DNA from: Phoronis australis
Lineage: Eukaryota; Animalia; Phoronida
Assembly: GCA_002633005.1 (NCBI GenBank)
Contig: NMRA01000410.1
Location: 151,977 to 215,976 of the forward strand
DNA: 64,000 bases
Direction of reading: 5' to 3'
Shown here: piece by piece, positions 50,025 to 62,952 of the stretch
Position numbering within the stretch: the stretch's first letter is position 1
Layout of the letters: each line of letters opens with the position of its first letter
Made by a program: the position numbers and the translations under genes
The notes under the pieces: generated by a model
Database searches by the model: none
Told to the model about the DNA's origin: nothing
What the model saw: only the letters and a program-made list of their open reading frames with translations

Positions 50025-52251
50025 GTAATTTGTCAATCCGTTTCCTACAAATTGAATTTTGTTAATCCATTTTTCTAAATATTAAATTTTGTTGGGCCTA
50101 CGTTAGATGAATGGTAATTAGATTTGCAATACCACGTGGAGTATATTTCTAGCTGGTGCCATATGATGTCGCTTTTTGTATAGTCACAAGGCAACGTTTA
50201 TCTTCATCGAAAACAAAAAAGTAAAAATTGACATGCACTTTCAAAGACTTTCTAGGGTCTTGTTCATAAACTTGATGGAAATTTGGTCTGATATTGAGCG
50301 CGTGATCCCTGAGGAAGAATTTCATTGTTTGCCTGTGTTCTTTCGTTTGATTTGATGTTTCACTAAATTTTCAGAGTCTTGTCGATGAAATGCTACATAA
50401 GTTCAAGAGAGATCCGGCTGTAATTATTTGAATAGCTGTATCAATGTCTCAGTAAATATCGTGAAACGATCACGTAGCAACATGAAGTTATCAACTACAC
50501 GTATTTGCGAATAAACTCTCTCGACCTTTCGATGAAAATGATATAGATCTGTTAAAGCTTCTATGCTCAATAAAAACAAAAATCGAAACAGGCCTTTTAG
50601 CCTCTTTAAATCGGTATCATAATATTCCTTATCGTGATATTATGTTTTACTTTCCGTTACCAACAACACCATCGAAACCGTCAGCGACTCAAGAAAACGT
50701 TATCAAAATTTATTGAGGTTGGCTAATCTTAAACTTGCGAATCAGAAAATTGCTCATATACGCATTAACCATGACCTGAGTATGAGAGTGAAAGGCCTCA
50801 TTCGGTTTTCGTTTTTAGCCAGCAAAACAAGCCGAAATGCAGCTTTAGTGGTCGGAATTGACTCAATAGATAGTTATGAACTACCATCCTACGATTCACT
50901 ATGGGTAGTTCTGCCGTTGCGCACGATAGCTTTTAGAGAAATGTTGTCATTTTGATTTCCAACGATCAACAGCTTAAAAGCTGACGGTAAAGTTGGGAAA
51001 ATTGTACTTCCAGCCTTTTCCGAATCGAGCTTTGAGATTAATAATGCAAATGGACAGAAGTTTTTAACTCGGTTATTTCATTCTGTTATTATTTAAAACT
51101 TTTGACAAGTTGAGGTCCTTGTAAAAGAACGCCATCTTTCTTTTGTGACAGCTAGCGTTTTGTTCCCCAGCTAGGGTCGCAATTAAGACACTGTTGCTGG
51201 ACCTAAACAAGTTTTTTAAACGGTTTTATTCCGTAATGTCCGAACATTTGTGTATGTTGGCAGCAAAGAGCGCGTAATTCTCGAATGTATTTATAAGCTT
51301 GTGCATCGTTTAATGTCGTAATCGAACATTTCAAAAAGTTGTTATGTCCTAAACCAAGCTATAAAACGTCTTCAAGTTGACGAATACCAAAATGTATTAT
51401 TTTGAACTGAAACATGGTATCGTGGTTTTTTCTGCTTCTATTTTTGCTCCGCCATATTTCTATAAACATGAACAAAGCAGCTGTAGTTATCTAAAATGTT
51501 TAATTTGTGTTAAGGGAAAACAAATATATTTCGGTAATTTAGAATATTAAAAGTTGCTTCATGACATTTGCAAATACTGGAGGAAATATTTTCCCGCGGC
51601 AGCAAAATGTCGGGCATAGTTGAAGTCCTTGAGATTGAATTGTCACTGTATCCTTTTCTCTTTGAACTCACGAAAACCCTGATGGGTCTGACCGAAAGCC
51701 CAAATTTTCTTTGAGTTAACAAAGTTTTCATATCAAACGAATCGAGAATGTGTTGGTTACCTTATGGAATAATGTCTCGCGGGATATTACTTCATCTACG
51801 TCACTCTCGTTACGTTTTGTTTATGTACAATAACGTGGAATAAAAATAAATCTTCGTCGTCAAACAATTTCGGCTTGGCTGGATCTTGGCAACATTTATT
51901 GGTTCGCTACGTTTTTATAAGGTGCAAAAGTAATTAAAAGCGTTGACATCTATTATTTTATATCGCCATTTGATGACATCAAAAGCGTACGCACACAGTA
52001 AGTTCCAACACCGCGAACTATTACGTACAGTTTGTACGCTCGTGAAAATGGCGATATTTGTGAACTGGGCTTGCCCTGAAGACAGGGCTACGTGATGCCA
52101 ATTTTTCGTGATCTTATACTGTATTTTGATGGTAGAAAATGGACAACTTTGAAGCCATTTTGTTATCGTTGCTGATTTCATGTTCCGCTTCTAAGTAATT
52201 TCGCTGCTATTGTTTTATGTTCATGTGTTTTTTCATGATTTTTTCTGACAG

Positions 52252-52350
52252 ACCACAGTGGCGCCTACAACCAGCGGTTCTGAGGAAGTTGTGGCTCATA
52301 TCTACTTGATAGTCGGCTGGCTTCTTGGAGCATGGGCGTTACGACAGTAA
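52252..52350 (+). CDS. Small GPI-anchored glycoprotein, exon 2 (Thr-rich, omega site, hydrophobic tail)
   Basis: Strong acceptor gttttttcatgattttttctgacag|ACC, phase 0. Encodes TTVAPTTSGSEEVVAHIYLIVGWLLGAWALRQ*. Confidence 0.68.
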   Translation, partial: TTVAPTTSGSEEVVAHIYLIVGWLLGAWALRQ

Positions 52351-53155
52351 AGTTGGCATGCGCAGGACCGAACGGTAACTGTATTTTGGTCACTGTAATG
52401 TCAGCATTCGCACCAGGGGTGCGTTCTGTAAAAACATTTCTAGCCAGAAAAGCAAGATGACACAAATCCACGCAAAAGTATCAAGCTACTTTCGTGAGTT
52501 TGCTAGGAACCTTATTACGGTAACCTCGCAAAATGGCAGGCACTGAAGCGATTGGTCGGAATGTTGAGTTATGGGATGGAGTTCATGAAGTATGAGGCAT
52601 AATCCACTGTTTCTGTTATATGAGGGAAGATGTGCTGCAGGCTAAGTGCATAGCTACTGTCTTGGGTCCACGCGAACACCCCCAGACGTCTATGTTTGAA
52701 ATGACCCCTGGTGAGAGAGAAGGAAACGGAGAAGGAAAGCGGGAAGGAAGGCTTCATTTTCCTTCAACTTCTACAAATAACACAGAAAAGTATAAAAAAA
52801 AAATAATGAGATCAGGATGAGAATGTTTCCTCCAAATACCTGTTTTCTATGAAGGCGGACTTTTGAGTATATGTATATAAATACTTGTAACTAAGTTCTG
52901 TGTAGTTAACTAAAACCAAAAATCGGTAACTTTGTTGGGAGATACGGTAATCAGTAGAGAACATTTTCATACAAAGTAATAGATAATATAAAGAAGTAAG
53001 TATACGGGCAAACAAGATCACATATAAATACTGGTTAACTATTATACAGATGTAACAGATAGGCGCAAAACAATTTTCGCTATCTTGGCCAATAATGTAT
53101 TTTTTACATTATGAAGTAAAAGCCGTAGAAAGACTGGGTTAGCCAGTACTCGGGT

Positions 53156-53478
53156 AAGGACTTAAATTGAATACTTAATAAGGTATTGCCCAGACAATGC
53201 CACACTCGCAAATTCAATAATCGGTCCATCCTATATATGTATATATAGGGTATACCACTGATGTCATTCTTTTGAGTGGTCTATCCTATATATATAGGAT
53301 ATACCACTGACGTTAATCGTTTGAGTGGTCTATCCTATATATATATATAGGATAGACCACTCAAACGAATGACGCTAGTGGTATACCCTATATATATATA
53401 TAGGATAGACCGATTAATGAATTTGCAAGTGTGGCATTGTCTGGGAATTACCTTATTAAGTATTCAATTTAAGTCCTT
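53156..53478. mobile_element. MITE-like inverted-repeat element with internal palindromic (TA)n subunits
   Basis: Terminal inverted arms of ~75 bp (aaggacttaaattgaatacttaataagg... versus ...ccttattaagtattcaatttaagtcctt) enclosing four cc(ta)ngg cores. Confidence 0.8.
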
Positions 53479-54118
53479 TTTTCGAAGCTCATTTATTTGA
53501 GAAAAGCTCATTTCAAATGAGAAGGTGTTGTTAGTTTTAAAACCACATTCGGCTTGTTTCGGCCTATTTATGCCATAGAAATCTAATGTTTGGAGAAGGT
53601 TAGTGTGGTCTATATTGTCAAAAGCATTACTTAAATCCACAAATACGGATAAAAAGTTTAAGGCAAAATATAATTAAGAATAGACTTTGTAAACAAATTC
53701 AAGTAGTACTAACTCAGTTCAATGCTGAAGTCTAAAACCAACTTGATGCATATAAAAAGATTGCTATTTTCAGGGTATTCACGTAACTTTTGTTGAACCT
53801 TTAATAGTGAATTCCCTTGATCCTTACCCTAAAGCTATGAAATCTCTGAATCTGTCATAAGCATTATTTATGCAAGGAAAGTGTTCCTTAACAAATATAT
53901 CACGTGGTCTTCATGCCGTTGTTAGTGATCTGTAGATGTTTAACGTGTGAATAATTCTGTTGCTCTGAGGTCGTATCAACGAATGCAACGCATGAGATCT
54001 AAAAACACCTTATCGCTCCATACTAGCCCAGGTCTCCGCTTGAAGCGACCCCTGGTAGAGACTGGTACGTTGCATTACATATCATAGACCAATGACATCA
54101 ATTAAGGAATCTATATAT

Positions 54119-54162
54119 GTGTGTGTGTGTGTGTGTCTGTGTGTGTCTGTGTGTGTGTGTGT
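54119..54162. repeat. Interrupted (GT)n microsatellite
   Basis: Directly visible. Confidence 0.95.
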
Positions 54163-55954
54163 ATAACTCATTGTCGTAGACAACAAATTTGCATCCCCAA
54201 TATTTCCATATGAAATCCCTAAAGAGGCATCACCGTTGGCAGACGACTTACTTGCCGGAAAACTGTAATTTAAACCAAGCAACACTACTAAATACTGACT
54301 TCTCGGACAATAGTGTTGGTCCTACCTTGTGCGTACGATCACATATTTTGCCTACTCGAAAATACAGAGTTGGTGGTCCATGTTTTTAACGATTTACTGT
54401 GTTCTTTTGTAGGTGCCTCAACCATGAATAACTTATTCTGATGTTCTGGAAATGATGTCGTGACGATAGAGGGCACCGCTGTTTATGCCGTTTCAATAAG
54501 CCCGCGAAAGTTACTTCATGTGCTATGTTTTCAGGCAGAATGATGTGTCATTTAGCAACTTGGATAGTATTGATAATTCTATGTTATAGAAAAGCGTGTT
54601 GAAGCACAAATAATGGGACTACACTATGATATTTTTGAAGTCGTAATCTTTATATATTGGTGGACATACAACTAAATGAAAATTAAGCACATGCAACAAT
54701 TCGAAATTTTGTGCACCCTTTTCAATTTCATTTCTGTTTCCATCTTGAAGTTTGGAAGTTTTAGCACCATGGGAATTTTAGTTGAATATATGTAATAACT
54801 TGCTAATAGAGGGTCTTTGTTTATTTCTGTTGAATTTGTTTAGTTTTAAGTTTATGTAGGATCCAAGAAAAATCTCTAATTTTAGCCAACTTTGGACCAT
54901 TGTATCTCAGAAATGGGTAATCGGATTCACATGAAATTTTCAGATAATATGCTTTATACACTTATCTTACCAAAGCGGTGATGATAATACACTTTTGCAT
55001 GAGGTGCTATCAAAAATATGACTTACATGATTTTTGTGAAAAAATTAATCTTGAAAAAATGAAAATGAGAGGAACGTTTACAAAACTGTAACAGAGTTTT
55101 TGAAATTTCATCTCAAACATACAAAATTGGGTCATGTTATTGATCCTGTTGTTCTGATCATGTAGTTTTCGATGAATTTTCCTTAAATGGCAAGGTCACG
55201 TGACCTAATCAATGGTAGTTTGATATAAAGTTACAAAAAATAAAATTCCACGGAAATTCTTATCTCAGTAATAATATACTTTTCCTGAACTAAAATCTAA
55301 TTTTATAGTGTTGTAGATATTTGGGTAAATGTAGTCTTGATAAGTTACCTATAACCTCAGAATAAAAATGTTTTCTTGACTTCAGTGACTTTTTATTTTG
55401 AGTTTGTCTGATTTTTTAGTTCAGAAGACGAAAAACGAAGTTCGAGCAGTTGATTTGTTTCACTTTTTGGAGACTGGGGTTCAGTAGAACTCAAGGGATT
55501 TGGTCGTCCTGATGACTTGAAGTGACACAATCGGTGACAATGAATTAACAAATACGCAAAATGCGAAATGTAGAACCGAAAGACAGAAATCACTCCAACT
55601 GTTTTCAGGACTTTTTCATCAAAAATACAGGCATAAAGGTGTTTTCCTTTGCTTTCATTTTCGAAAAATTGGCAATACCAGAGACCCTCGGGTGTTGAGC
55701 CACGTGACATTCAGGTAAGGTCTTGCTCGCAAACTCACTTAAAAGGGACAGTAAACCCAATTTTGGCCCATTAAAAGATATTAACAAGGACTTTAAAATC
55801 TTGGTCTCCAAAATAAAACAATGATCTGTAATGCTCGTCAACAAACTTTGAAAACTCCTTACAAAGTCTGTTAAACGGTCAAGGGTGACCTGCGCTTGCG
55901 GCGAGTCGAACGACCATCTACCAAGAACCATGATATACTGAGCATTATCTTTTT

Positions 55955-56195
55955 AATAGGGGACTTGTTCATATTGGCCCTCTCTAGCTTAATGAGAGCA
56001 CGAACGTTACTTCAGCTTGATCCCAACTCAGATGTGGAGAACAGAAATTCAATTACTACATAGTGTTCAGAAATATAAAAGCAGAGAAATAAATTCCTCT
56101 GCCAAGCCCTCCCATTGTTTGATTAGTTAAAGTTCAGTAATTTATTTCAGCTTTCTGCCACCGGCTTGGATCGAAATTCCCCCTCTTTATCAGCT
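55955..56195 (-). repeat. Dispersed repeat family C, inverted copy
   Basis: Its reverse complement aligns with 33940-34186. Confidence 0.7.
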
Positions 56196-57379
56196 ACGTC
56201 CTTGCTCATCAATTGATGTTTCAAAATAGTTGTCTTCTTCGTAAGACATTGGTACCTCCCACCGCACAGCAGTGGAAATTTTCCGGCATTATAATAGCAG
56301 AAAACGTGTTGAAAAGGTGTTTATACAAGTAGGATGAAACCTTCCATCCGCATTACATAGATCTGTAGATGGCGCTGAATGCCTGTCCACCAAAGACCTG
56401 ATAACCATCTGGCGGGTTAGTGAATTTCAATATGGAGCGGCGATTTCAAGAACCAGCTATTGAATCCTTCATTCATTACTCAAGTAAGACGACAATCTTC
56501 AATTTGCAGGGGATAGAACCTGCTTTTAACTCGTCATGTAATTTACACAGAGTTGATGTCCAACAATACATCTACCCTAAAAAATAAATAATTTGACCGT
56601 AATACGACTATCAAATTACACGGTTTTCAAAACGGATTTGGACATTTAGGAAAGCAAGTATAGTGTAATTAAGGCGAATATCCGAGATTTTTTTAAAAGT
56701 ATTTTTCACGAAAATAAACAATTACATGAAACAACAACTAAACACACACGCGCGCGCGCTTCAAAATAATAGGCAAACGCGATTTGATTTTTTACTACTC
56801 CTTCAAATGATTAACATAACAAGAATTTCCCTAAAGACTGCATTACGGGGTTTCAGATTTCTCAATAGGAAACTGCTTCTTATGGTGGTATAGTTTTAAA
56901 GGTAATATGGCTAATATACTACTGACCTCTTCAAAACAGGTCAAAATATGCAGTCAATAACACATCTTTGTGTAAGTTTAAATTACCATGTGCATCTATG
57001 TTGGTTATTAACCTCTGAACGTCCTCGTACTAGTTTTATATTTTCATAATTTGGAAAAATCTTTCTATGAATACAATAACATTTAAATGTTCTCACATGA
57101 GGAAGTAATAAAAGTTTATGGAAGAACGTAGGTTTGCTAAATTTGTTGCCTGGAATAATAACCAATCAAACTCTATTCTACATCAGGAGGCGAGGCAATT
57201 TTAAAAAGCGTGACATTTCTTGCACGCAGAGTATCAATCTGATTTGGTTTGAAAATTTTTATACAGTTTGACTTGGAAGTTACGATATTTGGAGCCTGCA
57301 ATTTGATCGCTCGTCTCAAGGCAACATCACATATTCAATTTAATAACTTATATCTTTCCTGTAGGACTTAAAAAGCCTC

Positions 57380-57648
57380 TTTCAAAAATAATGCCTGCCT
57401 CATAGAAACAGTTAAAATAGAGTTTTTCCATTTATTTATATGTATTTGTTGTTCCCAATCACCTCGTTAACAATTGATAGGTCCAAATGCAATATTACTT
57501 CTTCCCATGCTATTAGAATATCATGGTAGAAGGTATTGTGGTTTTCTAAAGATAACAGCTGATAATTAGAGTTTAATTTGAAAACTGAAATACTCACACT
57601 TTTTAAAAATGAAGTTTTGAAAGGCTTCCCACTCAGTTTTGTTCCCAT
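57380..57648 (-). mobile_element. Degenerate L1/Tx1-type LINE ORF2 fragment (post-RT region)
   Basis: Translates FYHDILIAW...IGNNKYI, then across a frameshift NGKTL...FYEAGI. This resembles the 'FY.D.L.AW ... IWNN..I...GK......W...GI' segment of Tx1/L1 ORF2 as recalled; no search run. Confidence 0.55.
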
Positions 57649-59373
57649 CCTGTAAACGCTTAACCCACATCACTATTGGCGTCAGGAAATGCCAAACCAC
57701 TGTATTCATGGGTATTTACAGTCACTTTTTGTCAAACTTTCGGGGTCTGTTTTGCAGTAATTGTATTAAAGTGATTAAAATCTTCAATTTCATATCAAAA
57801 ACACTATTAGCTGATCACGATGTACGAGCATTTATTGGTCGAAACATACTATGTAAAATTGGGACAACTAATCGCTGCACTAGTCGTCCTCCATTGTTTT
57901 TAAGTCGTCAGATATAGCCCAGTTCGCTCTCCCGTTTTTATGATATAAAAAGGAATGTCGAGGCGTAGTGTTTGTAGCAACTCAGGATCTGACCACGCAG
58001 TGATTAACTTCATTTTCCCTCAGGATATCGGAGAAGAGCAATATGGCACAAGTATGTACAAGAAACTCGAGTGTTGGTGGACATGAAACAATGACGCTGG
58101 TTACGTTCTTACATCACAATCACGTCGGTGGAGCTAAGAGATTTCCCATTGAAGTCTATTTTCTTCTATTTTTTTGTTTTTGGATCTTGAAATCGGGATT
58201 GTTATATGCAGCGCTAAAAACAGGTGTAGTCACTTGTCAAAATAAGGTAAATGGTTGCTCTATTTTCGCTATTTAAACTTAAATTATTTCATACACCGGA
58301 TGCGCCTTCTGTCGTAGCAGAATAAAACAATGAATAAAAATAACCACGGGGAATCCCAAATGACGAAGGAATCCCGTAAGAGGTTTGAAAGAACTGCAGG
58401 GAGAACAAGTCCAGGATCTCTGTTCAAACTTGGTCTGTGGACTTGAATCTCAGAGAGGCCTGGAACGCAATAAGCAAACCAGAAAATGGTTCTCTGACAC
58501 CGAAACATAATTCAATCTGCTCACCATGTGTTTTTAGGGTTTGTTCGTAAAGATTTTTCATATGTTTTGATATCAAAGCATGTGCTTTTAGTTTCAAATT
58601 TTAAAAACGCGATCTGTCAACTGCTCGTCTCTTCGTCTATTTTTCTCCCACAAGGCAAAGCAAGTCTCCTCATTTGGCATGGCAAGACATAGACGTAGCA
58701 CATTTCTCCGATATGGAAATATGACCTTTAACATTAAGTGACTTCAAGCAACTGACAGACAGCATAGGCGCATTCATCATAAGTGGGAAGGACATTAGAA
58801 ACTCTGTGGTAACCACAAAATTTTTCCATTGCGCGTAAATTCAATAACCGTGAATTTTGTGTTTTTTTTCTGTAAATTTCCTCACAGGGGAAAGTGAACT
58901 ATTCTGTACTAGATGTTGCAAGATGGTACTTTCGCAAGGAATTATTTAAAAGATATTTTTGACGAGTTTTCGCGTTCCATGTCACTTCAATAGGCATCCG
59001 TACCCTGCACTTCCAGTTATCTGGGTGTAGACTTAATATCCTGAAATCCTCAATAGAGGAAGCACCCTGTGGTGAACCATTATTCAAATGGAAGTCTGCA
59101 ATAAACATAGTCTCGTAATAAGGAGTGTTTCCACATGCTCAACTGCTGTCAATGGGACGAACAGGAGTGGGATTCGTTTTGTGTATTTTCGACAAACCAT
59201 ATAAGACTTGAACGGTGGACTTACTCGGAGGAAGTAATTAGATGTCTCAAAATGTTCGTTGTTATATATAACCTTCCTAGTTTCAATACAAAAGACATGA
59301 AAGTTAGAAGGCTCGAATTTAGGTTGTTAATTAAATTTTATCCACATAAACTAGTTTTGTAAAGAATCAGATG

Positions 59374-59558
59374 GGTGCGTGATGATACGGTGGGATTGCG
59401 TGCGCGAGTGATTGTATGAAGGATACTGCGTCATTGCGCGCGAGTGTGTGAATGATACTGTGTGATTGCTTGCGCGAGTTCGTGTGTGAATGATTTTCTG
59501 ATTCATACTTCTGTGACATACTGTGAGATTCATTGGATGAGTGAGTGTGTGAATGATA
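59374..59558. repeat. Degenerate minisatellite
   Basis: Recurring gtgtgaatgata(c/t) and gattgc..gcgcgagt units. Confidence 0.6.
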
Positions 59559-62500
59559 TTAATTTCTGTTTCATGTTTCCAATTTTTATAATTTGAAATG
59601 TTTAATTTCCATTAAATGTACCGGAAACTGAAAAAAGATCTGTTCTGTGTAGATGAAATTTGATTACCAGCTCTCTGATCTCAACACCAGAAGAACAGTG
59701 GCCTTATTCTTGTCCTTTTGCAAATAGCATTGATGTGTCACCAATCCTGACCAATATTTCATAAAAATTACGAAATATTGAAAAGCAGGCCAACCAAATA
59801 TGCACAAGTTTTGCTAAGCCCTAGTCTCTAAAAGATTAAAAAAAAATATTTGTTCGGACTTGATTTTTGTCGTCCTCTAAACAAAATCAATACAAACTCA
59901 AAATAATAGAACTCATGGATGCCAAGAAAACACATTTTATTAAAAAAATATCAACGAATTTAAGAGATTCAGAAGCAGGCCCTCTATTAGCAAGTTTTTA
60001 CATCTATTAAAGTGCAAAAAATCCAATCTTCAAGAAGATTACTGAAGCAAAATACAATGAAAAAAGGATGAAATCTCCGCATGTGTATTCAATATGATGA
60101 ATGGTATTTTATAAAGTTTACTGCTTCAAAAAATAACCAAAGTGTAGTCGCACGATTTGTCCGAAAAGTTGGATTTACCAATGCTATCCACATTATTCAG
60201 TCTGAAAGAAAAATAGCACATGGTAGGAAATGACTTTTAAGAATAAAGTTATACACGCGGACTAACTAAAAAAAACACGCATCTTAAAGCAGTGGTGCCC
60301 TGTATTGTCACGAAATCATTTCCAGAACATCGGAATACGTTCTTTGTAGTTGCTGAAGTCAATCGTAACATCCGGGTACCTACAAATAGAACAAGATAAA
60401 TCGCTCAATTGTCCAGCAACTCATAACTGCTTGTTTGAGGTTCTCCGATGACCCTCGTTTAACAAATACCGTGATCTTCATGCTAACCGACCGTGCCTCC
60501 ATGAGTCTAACGTGGCACTCTTTCCTCATTTTCTTTCTGCCCTTAACAAAGATAATCAACAGTCGTATGACAGAGTTATGACATCTGTTTAGGCCAGTTT
60601 TCCACAACTGGTTCATAAGGCGGCGAAAACATTGGCAAGGAGGCAAAATTTGCACTAAAATGGGCAGGCAATTGCATCACCTGGCGTGATTATTATTGAT
60701 CTACAAACCAGTCTACTACAGTTTCTAATACACGTTTCATACCCATAGCCAAGTGTTTCAACTGGTAGGAGCGAAATTGTAGTTAGCAAACCTGATTTTA
60801 GTTCTCTACCGCCAATTTTCAACTCCCTTGGTCCCCAGCCGTTCACAGATTCTTCAGAGATTGTTGCTGTACAATGCACGCATGAATCCGGATGTTGCTA
60901 ATAGAACACGCTGATAATAGTACAATGGCGGATTCCATAGCATCAGCATGTTCATATTTTGAGAATGCGTGCATTGCCTTCGTTCATGTTAATGTTCTGC
61001 TATCATTGACGTACAATACATGCGACAAACATCATGGTACAATAGACCTCTTTGCTGATTGCTGCCATTTTTGGTGCTCGGAGGAAATTCCCACTACACG
61101 CCTGTAGGTTTAGTGCTGACCAAAAGGACAGTTATTTTCAAATCGCGTAATACGTTTGACTATCACTTGAAGACTTAATAACATGAAAAAATAAGATATT
61201 AAGTAAATGTATATTTTTTAATCTTCTGTGTTATACAAAAACGCACTCCTCCACAAAAAATCGTTTCTTAAATGAGCGTAATTGTTTGAGTTTACATGAC
61301 CTTTCATTCCCAAAAAATGTCAGTTGATCTTTTTGTCTTTTGATTTATTTAGTTTTCCATTTAAATTCAAAACAACAGCTGGTTTATTTTCGGAACGGTC
61401 CGACCGAGCGCCTAGAGCGAGTGCTTTTTCTGAAAAATCGCTGACGGAAATAAAGGCAATCTTTCGAAAACAAATTACTTTTTGAATGCTAGACGTAACT
61501 GAACGCCAAATGCAAATAGAGTAATATTCCATTAACTGTGAAATCATATTTAGTCACTCTAAAGCAATTGACATGAACAATGACATTTTTAGACCGAATT
61601 TTAATATTTGTAACTATGAAAAATGTTACCCGGTTCATGCAAATTTCTTCTTTTGAATAGGCGCTCTTTCGGGGACGATCTTTCAGTGGTGAAATTTTAT
61701 GAAATTTCCAACAGATTTTAACATAAGCGTAAGTGCGTAATCTAGACGTAAACTAATGTGGAAGCACGCCAGACTTGAGTGTACAGGCACTGTAGACCAG
61801 GCGTACTGAGCGAACATTGACGAAAGTATTTACTGCATTCAGCGAGCCAAATACAAGGTGTTCCATTGGAACTGGATGCCCGGTGTACCCCGAGTCGAAA
61901 ACAGACGCCCGCACCTTCAAAACAGCTAATCAGCCCGAGAAACACGAACCCCAACCTTTAAAACAGAACCCCCGGGGACCGTACAGGACACCAGGTGACA
62001 GAAACACGACTCCAGCATTTTCTGTCAAACATTGTTTATCTCAAGAAAATAGAACCATTGCTTTGTGTTCATACGACATGTAATAATTTCATATTTTGAT
62101 GAAAAAATCCTCCTACTTTTAATACTTGTTGTGACATGTTGTTTCACTATATGAGAATTTTAGATTTTAGACAACTGATGACCGATATCTAGCCAAAAAT
62201 ACTGTTGATTCTTGAGAATCTGTTATACTCGTGGACGTGTACAGTGTACCCGACAGAGTGAACAATAAGAAATGGCGTGTGCTAGTGAGGTGGACGATTT
62301 GCCTTCGAAACTCGAATCTTTCTCGTATTACCCGCAGTGTATTCATAATTGTCCAGGTACATGTTTATAGTCACAGTCACTAACCGAAAGCGAAGGCAAA
62401 GGTGGCAAAGTCCCCCTACAACGGTCACAAAATCCAGAAGTATGATCCCCAAAAAGAGTGCGAATGCGTTGAGTTCAGAAATTCCAGTTTCGAATTCCGT

Positions 62501-62904
62501 TTTAATGCTTGCTAAGAAGTTGAATTACATTTGTAGGGCAAGAATGGTACAATTGGTGACAGTGCAGGCCTATTGAATAAATAATTGTCGCAGTCTATTT
62601 CAAAATCCGGAAATTGATTGTGCCGGAAATAATGTACTCTCGACAAGTAAATCGACGAACCCTAAAATGCGGCTATTTATAAAGATATTTAGATGAATTA
62701 ATCAACAATGGCACTCGAAAGTCGACATAATGATTCTGTTTTTATTTTTGAACATATTTTTGAGAAAATATAGAATAGTCTGAAATTAACTAAATATTGG
62801 CCGAGATGACAGACAACGTGTTGAGAATATTTTTTTTTAATACATTTTACTTCTAAATACACTAATATTTACAAACGATAAGATCTTTGTAAATGAAACA
62901 CAGG

Positions 62905-62952
62905 CACACACACACACACGCGCGCGCGCGCGCGCGCGCGCGCGCGCACACA
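62905..62952. repeat. Compound (CA)7(CG)14(CA)3 microsatellite
   Basis: Directly visible. Confidence 0.95.

Noticed and set aside
53228-53406. CRISPR-like array of palindromic repeats with ~30-bp spacers
   Set aside because: The spacers are copies of one another, the cores are variable-length (TA)n, the array is inside an inverted-repeat element, the DNA is eukaryotic and no cas genes are present.
54860-55400. Probable decayed DNA-transposon sequence (similar impression at ~27600-28250, ~45040-45530 and ~63100-64000)
   Set aside because: Repeat-like motifs are present, but I could not define termini, TSDs or a second copy, so these are not listed as features.
60380-61107. Cluster of 70-90-aa ORFs in somewhat coding-like sequence
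   Set aside because: Translation showed no domain I recognise and no consistent splice structure; possibly a decayed element.
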